Shown here piece by piece: positions 41,269 through 51,710 of a stretch of DNA of 64,000 nt. Position 1 is the first letter of the stretch; every line of letters starts with the position of its first letter. Source of the DNA: Deltaproteobacteria bacterium (lineage in GTDB: Bacteria; Desulfobacterota_D; UBA1144; Nemesobacterales; UBA2774); contig JAVKFU010000013.1 in the NCBI GenBank assembly GCA_040223695.1, positions 126,641 through 190,640 on the forward strand, written 5' to 3'. Made by a program: the position numbers and the translations under genes. The notes beneath the pieces are model-generated. The model was not told the DNA's origin and searched no databases. It was given only the letters and a program-made list of their open reading frames with translations.

Positions 41269-41344
41269 GTCCTTTTCTCAGGCGTAAGGAGAGAAAAATG
41301 TGGACCAGTGACATCACGTTCCTTCCTCCTTTAAAATTAAAGCA

Positions 41345-41373
41345 ATTACATCATAAATAATACACCTTGTCAA
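41345..41373 (-). promoter_or_regulatory. Promoter P1, TTGACA-N17-TGTAAT
   Basis: -35 at 41373-41368 and -10 at 41350-41345. The hexamers are identical to P2, 105 bp upstream. Confidence 0.75.
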
Positions 41374-41472
41374 GACTTTCCGGCAACAGAAGAAATTTAA
41401 GGCCGGCGCCCGCCAGGCCGCTTGAAAAACAGGCGCACAACGCCGGTCCAAACAACGGGTCTTCATACAATA

Positions 41473-41940
41473 TCACTCATAATAGTAACGAGGCTCGGTC
41501 CTTTCGGACTCGCATACTTCCCTTACCTCGTCTTTTACGAGCCTGCCCTCCTGCCATACGCGTTCCCGAACCTTATTGCACCTGGTTTCTTCGTCGTACC
41601 CGACCGGAGAAGCCTCGACCCTCTGAAAACCGTCATTACTCTGATAAACGACCGGCCTTCCCTCGGCCGCGGCTTCACGGGAAGCCCTCTGCGATATTTC
41701 AGTTACCGTGCCCCCGAGCACTCCTCCGAGAAGACCTCCGATTAACGCGCCGCGCCATCTATTGTCGTTATCTATAAGAAGACCGGCCACGGAACCCACC
41801 GCGGCCCCAGCGGCCGCGCCCTGTGTGGTTGCGGGGGAAGGCCCCGTACCCGCCGCGCATGACGAAAGCACGAGCGGCGCCGAGGCGAGTGAAAATAACA
41901 TGGTAAAACCCATTAAAGCGGATAAATATTTTTCTTTCAT
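41473..41940 (-). CDS. Glycine-zipper outer membrane lipoprotein
   Basis: Lipobox LSSC; GAAAGAAVGSVAG...GALIGGLLGGVLG zipper. Confidence 0.85.
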   Translation of the reverse strand: MKEKYLSALMGFTMLFSLASAPLVLSSCAAGTGPSPATTQGAAAGAAVGSVAGLLIDNDNRWRGALIGGLLGGVLGGTVTEISQRASREAAAEGRPVVYQSNDGFQRVEASPVGYDEETRCNKVRERVWQEGRLVKDEVREVCESERTEPRYYYE

Positions 41941-42334
41941 TCGTAACCCCTTCCTTCTTTTCCTAAAAACCTAGCACACGGTTATCGTATTTTCTATAAC
42001 TTTTTTACCCCTGGAATCCTAAGCCGGAAAAAACCTTTTGTCATATTTCACTTAAAAACAGCTATCAGCCAGGACTTTGTAGTATATATAAAATAGATTA
42101 TATATATTCAGTCCCTCAGTTTAACTCGACACAAAAGAACATTTGGAGGAAAAATCTGTTAGAATTATTACATTATCATAAAAGCCCCGGAGCAATAACC
42201 CGGAAATCGTGAAATGAATTTGAAAACGCACCGCCGGAATTACCATACATACCGGGTTATTATTTGATTGCCCGCGTGTATGGTGTGATAATATTTAGAA
42301 AAACCGATCTATAGAAACTGAAGGAGAGCAAATT

Positions 42335-45268
42335 TTGAAAAGATTTTCCAATTCGCTAAAACAACTTTTCGTCGTATCAGCGTTACTCGTATCCATAACG
42401 TACATACTCCTTTTCTCGCCGAGCCTCGGGAATTTCGGACAAAAGGCCGAAGCCGATAATCTCAATATTACGAATGTCGTGATGCAGTATGTGAAAAGGT
42501 ATTACGTCGATAAATCCGTAATCGATCCCAAACATATGCTCATAGAGGGACTCGGAAGACTGGAGCAGATAGTGGATCAGGTGCTGGTTGATTTCCCTGG
42601 CGGGGAAGACGGCGGAGAATTCGAAGTTCAGGTAGTCGACGAAAAAGCGGTATTCGATATGAGCGGAGTAAGGGATCTGGATGACGTGACCAAAACAATG
42701 GAGCAGGTATTCACATTCATAAGCCCCCATATGTCGCCCAATGATCCGGAGATAAGCGAAATAGAATATTCAGTCCTCGACAAAATGCTAAGCTCTCTCG
42801 ACCAGCACTCGAGCATAATAACCCCTCAGGTATATAAGGAATTCATGATAGAGACCGAAGGGAGCTTCGGAGGGCTCGGAATAGTAATAGGCGTGAGGGA
42901 CGGGGAGCTGACAGTAATTTCACCAATAGAAGGAACCCCGGCATACCGCATTGGAATAAAACCTAACGACAAGATAGTCCAGATCGAAAATGAATCGACC
43001 ATAAATATGTCTCTCATAGAGGCTGTAAGTAAACTAAGGGGCCGTAAAGGCACGGAGGTATCCATCCACGTAATGAGGGACAGTTTTAACTCCCCCCGGG
43101 AATTTAAAATAGTGCGCGATACCATTGTAATAGAGAGCGTTGAGACTTTTGAGCTTGACGGCGGCATCAAATACGTGAGGATCAGGGACTTCCAAAAAAA
43201 TACGCTCGACAGCATTATTCAAAATATCAAAGACGACACAGACAATGCCAGGGGCATGATTCTTGACCTGAGGGGCAACCCGGGCGGTTTGCTCGACCAG
43301 GCGGAGAGAATCTCCGATCTGTTCCTGACCAGCGGCGTTATAGTTACAACGAAAATAGGCAATTCCGCGAAAAGATACCACGCAAACGATAAGGACCATC
43401 AGTTCGGCGGAAATATCGTCGTGCTCGTCGATTCCGGAAGCGCAAGCGCTTCGGAGATCGTGGCGGGAGCGTTAAAGAACAACGAAAGAGCCATCGTAAT
43501 AGGGGAAAGAACTTTCGGCAAGGGGTCCGTACAGCAAATATTCGATCTGAACGACGGATCGGCGCTTAAACTTACAATTGCTCAGTACCTCACTCCGGGC
43601 GACATATCAATACAGGATGTAGGGGTTACGCCGGATATCATTCTCCACCCGGCGATAATCAACGACGAATTGATAACATTTCACCCCAACCCCGATAACC
43701 GTCTGAACAAACCGGACAAAAAAGGGAAAAAAGAGAGCATAAACCTGGATAAGCCTACATATTCCATTACTTATCTTGATAACAGGGTAATCGACAATGA
43801 AGGGGAACCGACCCCTGAAGAGGCCCTAAGCAAAGAGGAAAGAAGACAAAAGCTGGAAGAAGACTTCTACGTCTCCCTCGCAAGAGAAATCATCCAGTCC
43901 TCAAGCGAACCTTCCAGGAATCAGTCCCTGGGAGAAATTCAGGTCGGCATTACGGAGATTTCCAAGAAAGAGGAAAACAAGATAGTGGACAAATGGCGGC
44001 TTATGGGAGTGGACTGGTCATACGAAAAAGTTAAGCCGTCCAAACCCTCCATTTCAGTTTCTGTTACCCCTGAGAAGCCGCAGGGAAAAGCCGGGGGCGA
44101 GATCGAGGCTACAGTCGAGGTTGAAAACACGGGCACAGAACCGCTTTACAGATTATTAGCTACGACCAAATCCGAAAACCCGGTTTTCGAAGGAAAGGAT
44201 CTAATATTCGGCAAACTCAACCCGGGCGAAAAGAAATCTTGGAGCACGAAATTCGAGATACCCAAGTGGAGTCTTACCAGGGACGATCTCGTCACGCTTG
44301 AATTCGAGGACGCAAACAAATCATCGATACCGGATTTCAGCTTCAATCTGGATACGTCCGGGCTCGACAGACCCCTTTACGCGTTTAATTACGAGATAGT
44401 CGACGACGGCAGGTACGGCTCATCGGGCAACGGTAACAGCATTCCGGAAACGGGCGAGAAAATCGCCCTTCATGTACGGGTGAAAAATATCGGCCCGGGG
44501 GCATCGGAAAAAACGATCATAAGCCTTAAGAATAATTCCGGGGACAACGTTTTTCTTGAGAAGGGGAGAGCGGAAATTGAGAACCTTGCGCCCGGAGGAA
44601 TCAAGGACGCAAGCTTTATATTTTCTGTAAACGGTCCCGACTCATTGATAGAAGTCGAACTTCAAATTATGGATGACATTTTCAAGGAAGGGCTGTTCAG
44701 CAATTTATTGATCCCTGAGAACAAACCCGGCGCCGATTTCTCAAAAGAAAAACTGCGCGTTACAGTTCCCGGGGGTAATGTATTTATCAGGGGGGGTAGT
44801 TTTAAGGAAGCCCCTATTATAGCGATGTCTGAGACGGGCGCAGCATTCAGCAGCATTGGACAGAACGGGAAATGGATAAAGATTAACCTCGATGAGAACA
44901 GAGCCGGCTGGATAAGAAGCGACAAGGTCCGGATTTCAAAGCCGCTTAGCTCGCAAGGGGAATCAGACAGCGCCCTCTACCAGGAAATTTTCGAGGCCCC
45001 GCCAATAATCAGCGTCACAGGTCCGCCCATCTCCACAAATTCTCATATCATCACACTAACCGGTGACGTAAACGACAAGGACGGTATAGAGCTTGTCTCA
45101 GTATTCCTGGGAGAAGACAAGGTCGCGCTCCTGCCTTCGACAAAAACCGAAGTGCCTGTGTCTCTTGAGCTTAAACTTGAGAACGAGATAAATCTTATAA
45201 CGATAATTGCCAAAGATTCCAAGGGACTTCTGTCAAAGCAAAGCTTCGTAGTTAGAAAAGAAGGTTAA
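42335..45268 (+). CDS. S41 C-terminal processing peptidase with PDZ and long C-terminal extension (Ig/CARDB-like and SH3-like)
   Basis: GSFGGLGI (PDZ), LDLRGNPGGLL, SASASEIVAGAL, TFGKGSVQ, TPDI; about 450 extra residues after the catalytic domain. Confidence 0.9.
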   Translation: MKRFSNSLKQLFVVSALLVSITYILLFSPSLGNFGQKAEADNLNITNVVMQYVKRYYVDKSVIDPKHMLIEGLGRLEQIVDQVLVDFPGGEDGGEFEVQVVDEKAVFDMSGVRDLDDVTKTMEQVFTFISPHMSPNDPEISEIEYSVLDKMLSSLDQHSSIITPQVYKEFMIETEGSFGGLGIVIGVRDGELTVISPIEGTPAYRIGIKPNDKIVQIENESTINMSLIEAVSKLRGRKGTEVSIHVMRDSFNSPREFKIVRDTIVIESVETFELDGGIKYVRIRDFQKNTLDSIIQNIKDDTDNARGMILDLRGNPGGLLDQAERISDLFLTSGVIVTTKIGNSAKRYHANDKDHQFGGNIVVLVDSGSASASEIVAGALKNNERAIVIGERTFGKGSVQQIFDLNDGSALKLTIAQYLTPGDISIQDVGVTPDIILHPAIINDELITFHPNPDNRLNKPDKKGKKESINLDKPTYSITYLDNRVIDNEGEPTPEEALSKEERRQKLEEDFYVSLAREIIQSSSEPSRNQSLGEIQVGITEISKKEENKIVDKWRLMGVDWSYEKVKPSKPSISVSVTPEKPQGKAGGEIEATVEVENTGTEPLYRLLATTKSENPVFEGKDLIFGKLNPGEKKSWSTKFEIPKWSLTRDDLVTLEFEDANKSSIPDFSFNLDTSGLDRPLYAFNYEIVDDGRYGSSGNGNSIPETGEKIALHVRVKNIGPGASEKTIISLKNNSGDNVFLEKGRAEIENLAPGGIKDASFIFSVNGPDSLIEVELQIMDDIFKEGLFSNLLIPENKPGADFSKEKLRVTVPGGNVFIRGGSFKEAPIIAMSETGAAFSSIGQNGKWIKINLDENRAGWIRSDKVRISKPLSSQGESDSALYQEIFEAPPIISVTGPPISTNSHIITLTGDVNDKDGIELVSVFLGEDKVALLPSTKTEVPVSLELKLENEINLITIIAKDSKGLLSKQSFVVRKEG

Positions 45269-45282
45269 AAGGATAGCCGGGC

Positions 45283-46215
45283 TTGATTGGCAAATTTATT
45301 CTAAGCCGCGCCCTGACCGGAATCTTCGTTGTGCTGGCGGTAGCGACTATAACGTTTTTTCTCCTGAGAACACTGCCGGGAGGCCCTTTCGACACCGAAA
45401 AAAAGCTTCCGCCACTGATCAAAAAAAACATTGAGGCCAAGTACAGTCTCAATAAGCCCCTCGTAGAACAGTACCTTACTTATCTGGCAAACGTGACACG
45501 CGGCGACTTCGGCCCATCCTACAAATACATAGACAGGTCTGTAAACGATATAATCAGGGAAACCCTCCCTGTATCCGTTCAGCTTGGACTGATAAGCCTG
45601 TTTTTTGCTATAGCGCTCGGAACCATGATAGGGGTATTATCCGCAACAAGACCCGGGGGGATTTTTGATTTCTTTTCCGTCTCAATCGCAACGGCTCTGG
45701 TATCGGTTCCGAATTTTGTCGTAGGAGCTTTATTAATCTACCTGTTTTCGGTCAAGCTCAGGTGGCTTCCCGCCGCGCTCTGGGGAGGGCCGTCGCACAT
45801 TCTTCTGCCCGCGCTCACCCTCGCCGCAGGCCCTGCGGCCTACCTCGCACGCCTTATAAGAGCGAGCATGCTCGATACCTCACAAGCCCTCTTCATAAGA
45901 ACGGCCCGGGCAAAGGGACTCAGCAGTTTTCAAGTAACAACAAAACACATACTTAGAAACGCGTTGATACCCGTAGTTACGGTACTGGGTCCGATAACCG
46001 CGTTTCTCGTTACCGGATCTTTCGTCGTGGAATATATATTCGCCATACCGGGAATCGGGAGATTTTTTGTCCTCGCAGTATCTAACCGCGACTACCCGCT
46101 GGTGATGGGAATTACTATCGTATATACCATAATGCTGGTACTGGCCAATCTTGTTGTTGACATATTCTACGTAATACTCGACCCGCGCATAGAATTCGAC
46201 AAGGGCGGAATCTAG
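45283..46215 (+). CDS. oppB: Oligopeptide ABC transporter permease
   Basis: PGGPFD, GDFGPSY, EAA loop FIRTARAKGL, FAIPGIG, NRDYP, LDPRI. Confidence 0.9.
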   Translation: MIGKFILSRALTGIFVVLAVATITFFLLRTLPGGPFDTEKKLPPLIKKNIEAKYSLNKPLVEQYLTYLANVTRGDFGPSYKYIDRSVNDIIRETLPVSVQLGLISLFFAIALGTMIGVLSATRPGGIFDFFSVSIATALVSVPNFVVGALLIYLFSVKLRWLPAALWGGPSHILLPALTLAAGPAAYLARLIRASMLDTSQALFIRTARAKGLSSFQVTTKHILRNALIPVVTVLGPITAFLVTGSFVVEYIFAIPGIGRFFVLAVSNRDYPLVMGITIVYTIMLVLANLVVDIFYVILDPRIEFDKGGI

Positions 46216-46953
46216 TTGACAAGAAACATTAAGCTCGTCATAGAGTACGAAGGAACAAACTATCTCGGATGGCAGAGACAGCCGCACGGTTTAACTATAC
46301 AGGAAGTAATAGAAACTTCCCTTGAGCGCATTACCGAGGAGAACATAAAGGTTATAGGCTCGGGGAGGACGGATTCGGGTGTCCACGCCCTGGGTCAGGT
46401 CGCAAATTTCAAAACCCGGAGCAGGTTGAGCACGGAGGACTTTCAAAAAGGGCTGAATTCGATGCTCCCCAAAGATATAGCCATAATTCAGGCGGGAGAG
46501 GCGGATGCCGAATTCCACGCACAATTTTCGGCCAAGAGCAAGGTTTACGTATATAGAATCCTGAACCGCGATTTTCCCTCTGCTCTCCTGAGAAAAAGAG
46601 CCTGGTTTATCCCGTATCCGCTCGATACAAAACTGATGAATGAAGCCGTATTAATGCTTAAAGGAGAGCATGACTTCAGGGCGTTTGCTCTAACCGGAGC
46701 GGAAGTCAAATCAACAGTGAGAACGGTTCAGGATGCCGCGATAGAAATGCAAAACGGTTTACTGGAATTCCGGATCGAGGCCAATGGCTTCCTTAAAAGA
46801 ATGGTAAGGCTTATAGTGGGGACTCTGGTGCAGGTAGGAAAGCAAAAGATAACACCCGTACAGTTTCGGGATATCCTGGCGGCGGGGGAGAAAATGAGAT
46901 ACGTATACTCAGCCCCTCCGTGTGGACTCTACTTAAAAGAGGTGAAGTATTGA
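46216..46953 (+). CDS. truA: tRNA pseudouridine(38-40) synthase
   Basis: YEGTNYLGWQRQ, GSGRTDSGVHALGQ, GFLKRMVR, APPCGLYL. Confidence 0.96.
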   Translation: MTRNIKLVIEYEGTNYLGWQRQPHGLTIQEVIETSLERITEENIKVIGSGRTDSGVHALGQVANFKTRSRLSTEDFQKGLNSMLPKDIAIIQAGEADAEFHAQFSAKSKVYVYRILNRDFPSALLRKRAWFIPYPLDTKLMNEAVLMLKGEHDFRAFALTGAEVKSTVRTVQDAAIEMQNGLLEFRIEANGFLKRMVRLIVGTLVQVGKQKITPVQFRDILAAGEKMRYVYSAPPCGLYLKEVKY

Positions 46954-47012
46954 ATATTGTATAATCTTCGACTTGAATTAATGCGTCAATATTATAATCA
47001 GGAGACAAACGT

Positions 47013-47771
47013 ATGAAGATTCTTAAATTCGAAGCGGATAATAAACAGGTTTACTACGGTGTCCTGGAGGAAACGGTTATCAAAGAGATCGAGGGCGATA
47101 TCTTCGCGGAATACAGGGTAACGGACAAAACACACAGCCCGGAGGATATAAAATGGCTACCGCCTACCAGCCCGACAAAGATCGTGGCCGTAGGGCTGAA
47201 TTACAGGGATCACGCCGAGGAGATGGATAAGGCTTTACCTGAAGAGCCCAGAATCTTCCTCAAACCCGGAACCTCGGCAATCGGACACGGAGATAACATA
47301 AACTATCCCGGACATATGTCCTCACACGTGGACTACGAAGGGGAGCTCGCGGTAGTTATAAAGAAAAAAGCGAGCGGAATCAAGGAGTCCGAAGCGCTCG
47401 ATTATGTGCTCGGTTACACATGCCTGAACGATATTACTGCAAGAGACCTGCAGGCAAGAGACATCCAATTCACAAGAGCAAAGGGTTTCAACACATTCGC
47501 TCCGTTCGGGCCTGTTATCGAGACAGAAATCGATCCGGGCGATCTGGAAATCTCGACCTATTTAAACGGCGAAAGAAAGCAGCACTCGAGAACTTCCAAC
47601 CTGCTTTTCAATATTCCTACACTGATTAATTTCATCTCGAGCGTCATGACACTCCTGCCGGGGGACTTGATATCAACAGGCACACCTTCCGGAGTGGGAC
47701 CGATAAAAAGCGGTGACAAGGTAGAGGTCGAAATCGAGGGGATAGGAACACTCACCAACTTCGTGAAATGA
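47013..47771 (+). CDS. Fumarylacetoacetate hydrolase family protein
   Basis: VGLNYRDH, DYEGEL, LNDITARD, KGFNTFAP, ISTGTPSGVG. Confidence 0.93.
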   Translation: MKILKFEADNKQVYYGVLEETVIKEIEGDIFAEYRVTDKTHSPEDIKWLPPTSPTKIVAVGLNYRDHAEEMDKALPEEPRIFLKPGTSAIGHGDNINYPGHMSSHVDYEGELAVVIKKKASGIKESEALDYVLGYTCLNDITARDLQARDIQFTRAKGFNTFAPFGPVIETEIDPGDLEISTYLNGERKQHSRTSNLLFNIPTLINFISSVMTLLPGDLISTGTPSGVGPIKSGDKVEVEIEGIGTLTNFVK

Positions 47772-47811
47772 AATTCGGGAGCTTGAATGATCCGAATTCG
47801 TAATTGCGGCA

Positions 47812-49752
47812 TTAATTGCCACTCAGAATCGCTCTGGCTTCCTTTACGTCGTTGGCGTCTTTTGAGTTTAGAGCTTCCAGCGCTTGCTCGCGCGCTTTAT
47901 CCTTCTCGCCAAGCGCCAGATAAACCTTTGCCAAATAAATTCGAGCCTTTGAAAATCCGGGTCTTATTCTCAATGCCTTCTGTAGCGATTTCTCCGCGAG
48001 CCTGTATTTATCAGCCGAATTCTCCCGCCCGGCCTGGTAAAAGTAAATCCCCCCTAGGAGATAGTGCGCGTTAGGATTTCCGGGATTTAACTGAGTGGAT
48101 TGCTCAAAATACCTCCTGGAATTCGATAAATCATTCTTTGCCAAAAAGATATAGCCCATGTAATAGTTAAAATCACCCTCGTATTCGGGGTTATAATTAA
48201 GGGCAGCCTTGAACGACTTTTCCGCCTTGTTATAATCACCTTTATCAATATAAGAAACCCCGAGTCCGTGGGCCGCAAGCGACTTACCCCGATTGTCGCC
48301 GCTAAATTCAGGGCTGAGCGCCTTTTGAAATTGCCGAATAGCCTCGTCTGTTCTACCGGCATTCCTCAGCTGATCTCCGTAATTTAACAGTGGTGCCATC
48401 TGACCGGGGGATTTACGGGCCGCGTGTTCCCAGAAAATAAAGTTGTCTTTCCATACTTCCTGACCCCTGACGGTCACGAAAACAAATGACGCGAATAAAA
48501 CTCCCCCCGCCGCCCAGCCGACCCATTTGAGCCTGCTCCTGATCCCCGCCTGAATCAGCAAGTAACCTAGCAAGAGGCAGTAACCGGCCGAGGGAACATA
48601 CGTAAACCTCTCCGCATATCGCGTAATGGCCAGGGGATAAAGAGCGATCATTACGGCCGGACCGAGCGTGGCGAAAACCCACAGTATCGAGAAAGCCGTA
48701 ATATTCTCTTTTTTTCTGAATGAAACAACAAACGCGAGAGAGGCCGCCCCTATCAATAATAAAGAAAGAATCAAATGAATGGCCCCGCCCCCGGTAATGG
48801 TGCCTATGAAGTGGTTCAGGTCATAGGGGTAAAGAAATTTCTTCACATAAAACAGATACGTATTAAGGAATATGTTGACAGACTCCCATAGTCCGGCTGG
48901 TCCGTGGATGATTTGAAAATCGCCCTTCCCCAGGAGATCGGCAAAGCTCACGAATCCCCTGGATCTCATATATATATAAAAAGCCAAGATAGATCCGAGA
49001 ATGAGGTATTTAAATATATTCACGCGCTTGAATAATTTTCTGCTTATTAGATCGAAACCCACAACAAGAATCGGAAAAGAAAAAGCCACCTCCTTGGACA
49101 AGAAAGAGAGGTAAAGGAAAAAGCCCGCAAGGACTATAAATAAAATATTTCTGTAGGAATATATGTAAAATATAAGGCAGAGCAAAAAAAACAACGCCGC
49201 GAGTATATCCCCCCTGGCGGCAATAAAAGAAACCGATTCAACGTGAAGGGGATAGACCGCGAACAACATACACGAGAGAAACGCCTCCTTGTCCCCCCGG
49301 CCCCTCCCTAATTCTCTGAACAGTAGAAGAATTAAAAAATAAAGGAGAACCGTCGTTACGGAATGTAAAACAACATTGGTTAAATGAAATCCGCGGGGCG
49401 ATCCGTTCCATATTTTGTTGTCTATATCCAGAGAGGCTCCATAAACGGGTCTGAAGTATTTGCCTCTCTTCCCTTTTTTCTCTTTAGGAATGAATTTGTT
49501 GAATTTCGTCCAGGAGGAATAATGGTTATTGGCTGCTTTCTCAACATAAGAGTTATCATCCCAAACCAGCCCGTTATGTATAGACGGGATGAATACGGCA
49601 AAAGAAATAATAAACAATAAAAGTGCCGCAAAAGCCCTGTGCGTGAAAATAGTTTTAATCCTTCCGTACTCTCCGAGCGTCCCGGAAGGGGGATGCTCAG
49701 GGCCAGTATCCGATATATCTTTTTTAGCTTTCTTCCCTTTTTTCCCGCTCAT
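47812..49752 (-). CDS. TMTC-like GT-C membrane protein with C-terminal TPR repeats
   Basis: WDD, YFRPV, FHLTNVVLH, YPLHVESV, SKE, AERFTYVPS, then TPR helices. Confidence 0.82.
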   Translation of the reverse strand: MSGKKGKKAKKDISDTGPEHPPSGTLGEYGRIKTIFTHRAFAALLLFIISFAVFIPSIHNGLVWDDNSYVEKAANNHYSSWTKFNKFIPKEKKGKRGKYFRPVYGASLDIDNKIWNGSPRGFHLTNVVLHSVTTVLLYFLILLLFRELGRGRGDKEAFLSCMLFAVYPLHVESVSFIAARGDILAALFFLLCLIFYIYSYRNILFIVLAGFFLYLSFLSKEVAFSFPILVVGFDLISRKLFKRVNIFKYLILGSILAFYIYMRSRGFVSFADLLGKGDFQIIHGPAGLWESVNIFLNTYLFYVKKFLYPYDLNHFIGTITGGGAIHLILSLLLIGAASLAFVVSFRKKENITAFSILWVFATLGPAVMIALYPLAITRYAERFTYVPSAGYCLLLGYLLIQAGIRSRLKWVGWAAGGVLFASFVFVTVRGQEVWKDNFIFWEHAARKSPGQMAPLLNYGDQLRNAGRTDEAIRQFQKALSPEFSGDNRGKSLAAHGLGVSYIDKGDYNKAEKSFKAALNYNPEYEGDFNYYMGYIFLAKNDLSNSRRYFEQSTQLNPGNPNAHYLLGGIYFYQAGRENSADKYRLAEKSLQKALRIRPGFSKARIYLAKVYLALGEKDKAREQALEALNSKDANDVKEARAILSGN

Positions 49753-49766
49753 ATAAAAAACTCGCT

Positions 49767-51524
49767 TCAGTTTTCGGTCTCCAGTATCTTCCTGGCCTTA
49801 CGTGCGGTTGAATCCGTGAGCCCGCTTTTTAAAGCAAGCTCGGCATAACTTTTTGCTTTTTCCGTATCGTCGAGCTCGACGAAGACCATCGCCAGCAATA
49901 AATACGCTTTCCCATAACCGGGACGCAGTTCGAGCGCCCTTTTCAGGTAATCCTCCGAAACCCCGTAGTATGAATTCTCATTCTCCGAGTACCCCTTCAT
50001 GTAGTTAACAAGTCCGAGGTGATAGTTCGTTTTATAGTAATCGGGATCATAGGCATAAGCTCTCAAAAACCAATTCTCGGCACTTCGAAGATCTTCTTTA
50101 TTAATATATACAACTCCAATGTTATTTGCCGTAACCGACATTGCCTCATTACTTGCATCGACACCGCTGCCAAAATTTTTAAGAAGCTCTTTCAGCGCTT
50201 CGTCCTCTCTGCCCGCATCAAGAAGTGCCATTCCGTAATTTATATGAGGTATAGGGCTTGTCGCGGATTTCCTCGATGTATCCTCCCAGAGGGAGAGCCT
50301 GTCATTCCACACACCCTGCCTTTGAACAGTAAAGAATAGATACACCGCCAGGAGTAAGGACGCAAAAACCCATGAAGCCCTGTTTGTCAGGATTCCGCTC
50401 CCCGGTCGAAAAATATAATAGCCTAATAAAATACACAGGCCCGCAGACGGAATATAAAGATACCTTTCGGCTGCGGGCGTTGAGGCTAAATCGAATAAAG
50501 ACACGAGTACCGAGGGAATTAACGTAATAAGAATCCACAGGATGGAAAAAGCCGTAATCCCTCTATATTTCACCGCTGAAATGAATGCTGTAATGAGCAG
50601 CATCGCGAGAACGGCAAGCGACGAAATTATATAGTAAAAACCGTGCGGCACTGATTCAATAAACGCGTTGAACTCAAACGGGAAGATGAGCTTCTTGAAG
50701 TAAAGGAAATACGAGCCCAGTATTACCTTAATTACGCCTGTAATTTCCGGTAATGCTCCTGCGCCCGGCGACACGTAGGACTCAGGCGCTATTCTCCCGC
50801 CGGAAAGCTCGGGAATATTCACAAAACCCCTCCCCCTTAAATAGATGTAAAGTAGCAAAAGGCCAGTATAGACCCCATATCTCGGTATACTGCTGAACCT
50901 CGCGAGCCTTCCGGTGAGAAAATCCAATATAAGAACAGTAAGGGGGAAAATAACGGCTACCTCTTTAGAGAGCAGCGAAAGCGAAAATCCGACCGCCGCA
51001 ACAAAAAGGAGATACATATGTTTGAAAGAGAGAATATGAGCTATAAAAGCGAGAAAGAAAAAGAGCCCGCATATCACATCGGTTCTGCCGGAAACCCATG
51101 AGACGGACTCCACGTGCATAGGGTAAAAGGCAAAAAGCAATGCCGAGACGAAAGCCGCAGAATGGTATCTTCCGATTTGAAATTCCTTTAACAGGAGCAA
51201 AACCAGCAAATAAAAAAGAACGGTCGAAAACGCGTTAAATATTATATTGCTTAAATGAAATCCCAGAGGGGATACCCCCCAGACCCCCTTATCCAGAACC
51301 ATGGATGCGTAAATTAACGGACGATAATAGAGAGCTTTCTTTTCCTCTCTCTCACCGGGAATTATTATCGAGCTTATGCTTGAGGCCTGAAAAGCGAAGT
51401 AACTGTTTTCGATCGTCTCGACGTCGTCCCAGACGAAATCACTGCCGGCCGAGGGGATATATATACCGAGCGAGACGAGGAACAAAAAAAGTGAAACGAG
51501 CCATTTCTTCTGGAGTAATCTCAT
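49767..51524 (-). CDS. TMTC-like GT-C membrane protein with C-terminal TPR repeats (tandem paralog)
   Basis: WDD, YYRPL, FHLSN, YPMHVESVSWVSGR, SKE, AERYLYIPS, TPRs. Confidence 0.82.
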   Translation of the reverse strand: MRLLQKKWLVSLFLFLVSLGIYIPSAGSDFVWDDVETIENSYFAFQASSISSIIIPGEREEKKALYYRPLIYASMVLDKGVWGVSPLGFHLSNIIFNAFSTVLFYLLVLLLLKEFQIGRYHSAAFVSALLFAFYPMHVESVSWVSGRTDVICGLFFFLAFIAHILSFKHMYLLFVAAVGFSLSLLSKEVAVIFPLTVLILDFLTGRLARFSSIPRYGVYTGLLLLYIYLRGRGFVNIPELSGGRIAPESYVSPGAGALPEITGVIKVILGSYFLYFKKLIFPFEFNAFIESVPHGFYYIISSLAVLAMLLITAFISAVKYRGITAFSILWILITLIPSVLVSLFDLASTPAAERYLYIPSAGLCILLGYYIFRPGSGILTNRASWVFASLLLAVYLFFTVQRQGVWNDRLSLWEDTSRKSATSPIPHINYGMALLDAGREDEALKELLKNFGSGVDASNEAMSVTANNIGVVYINKEDLRSAENWFLRAYAYDPDYYKTNYHLGLVNYMKGYSENENSYYGVSEDYLKRALELRPGYGKAYLLLAMVFVELDDTEKAKSYAELALKSGLTDSTARKARKILETEN

Positions 51525-51710
51525 ACTATCCGTATGTCGGATAACGCCTCCCCGTTCAGGGGGGAATTTTTTTCTATCAACGAATTAAGACTATTCTACG
51601 CTCAAGCCGCCTTATTTCAAACTTCGGATCACCTGAGAAAGGGACTTCCCCTATATATCTACGGTGGGTAAAATACGATGCGTTTAAATTCAGGAAAAAG
51701 GAGAGATAGA

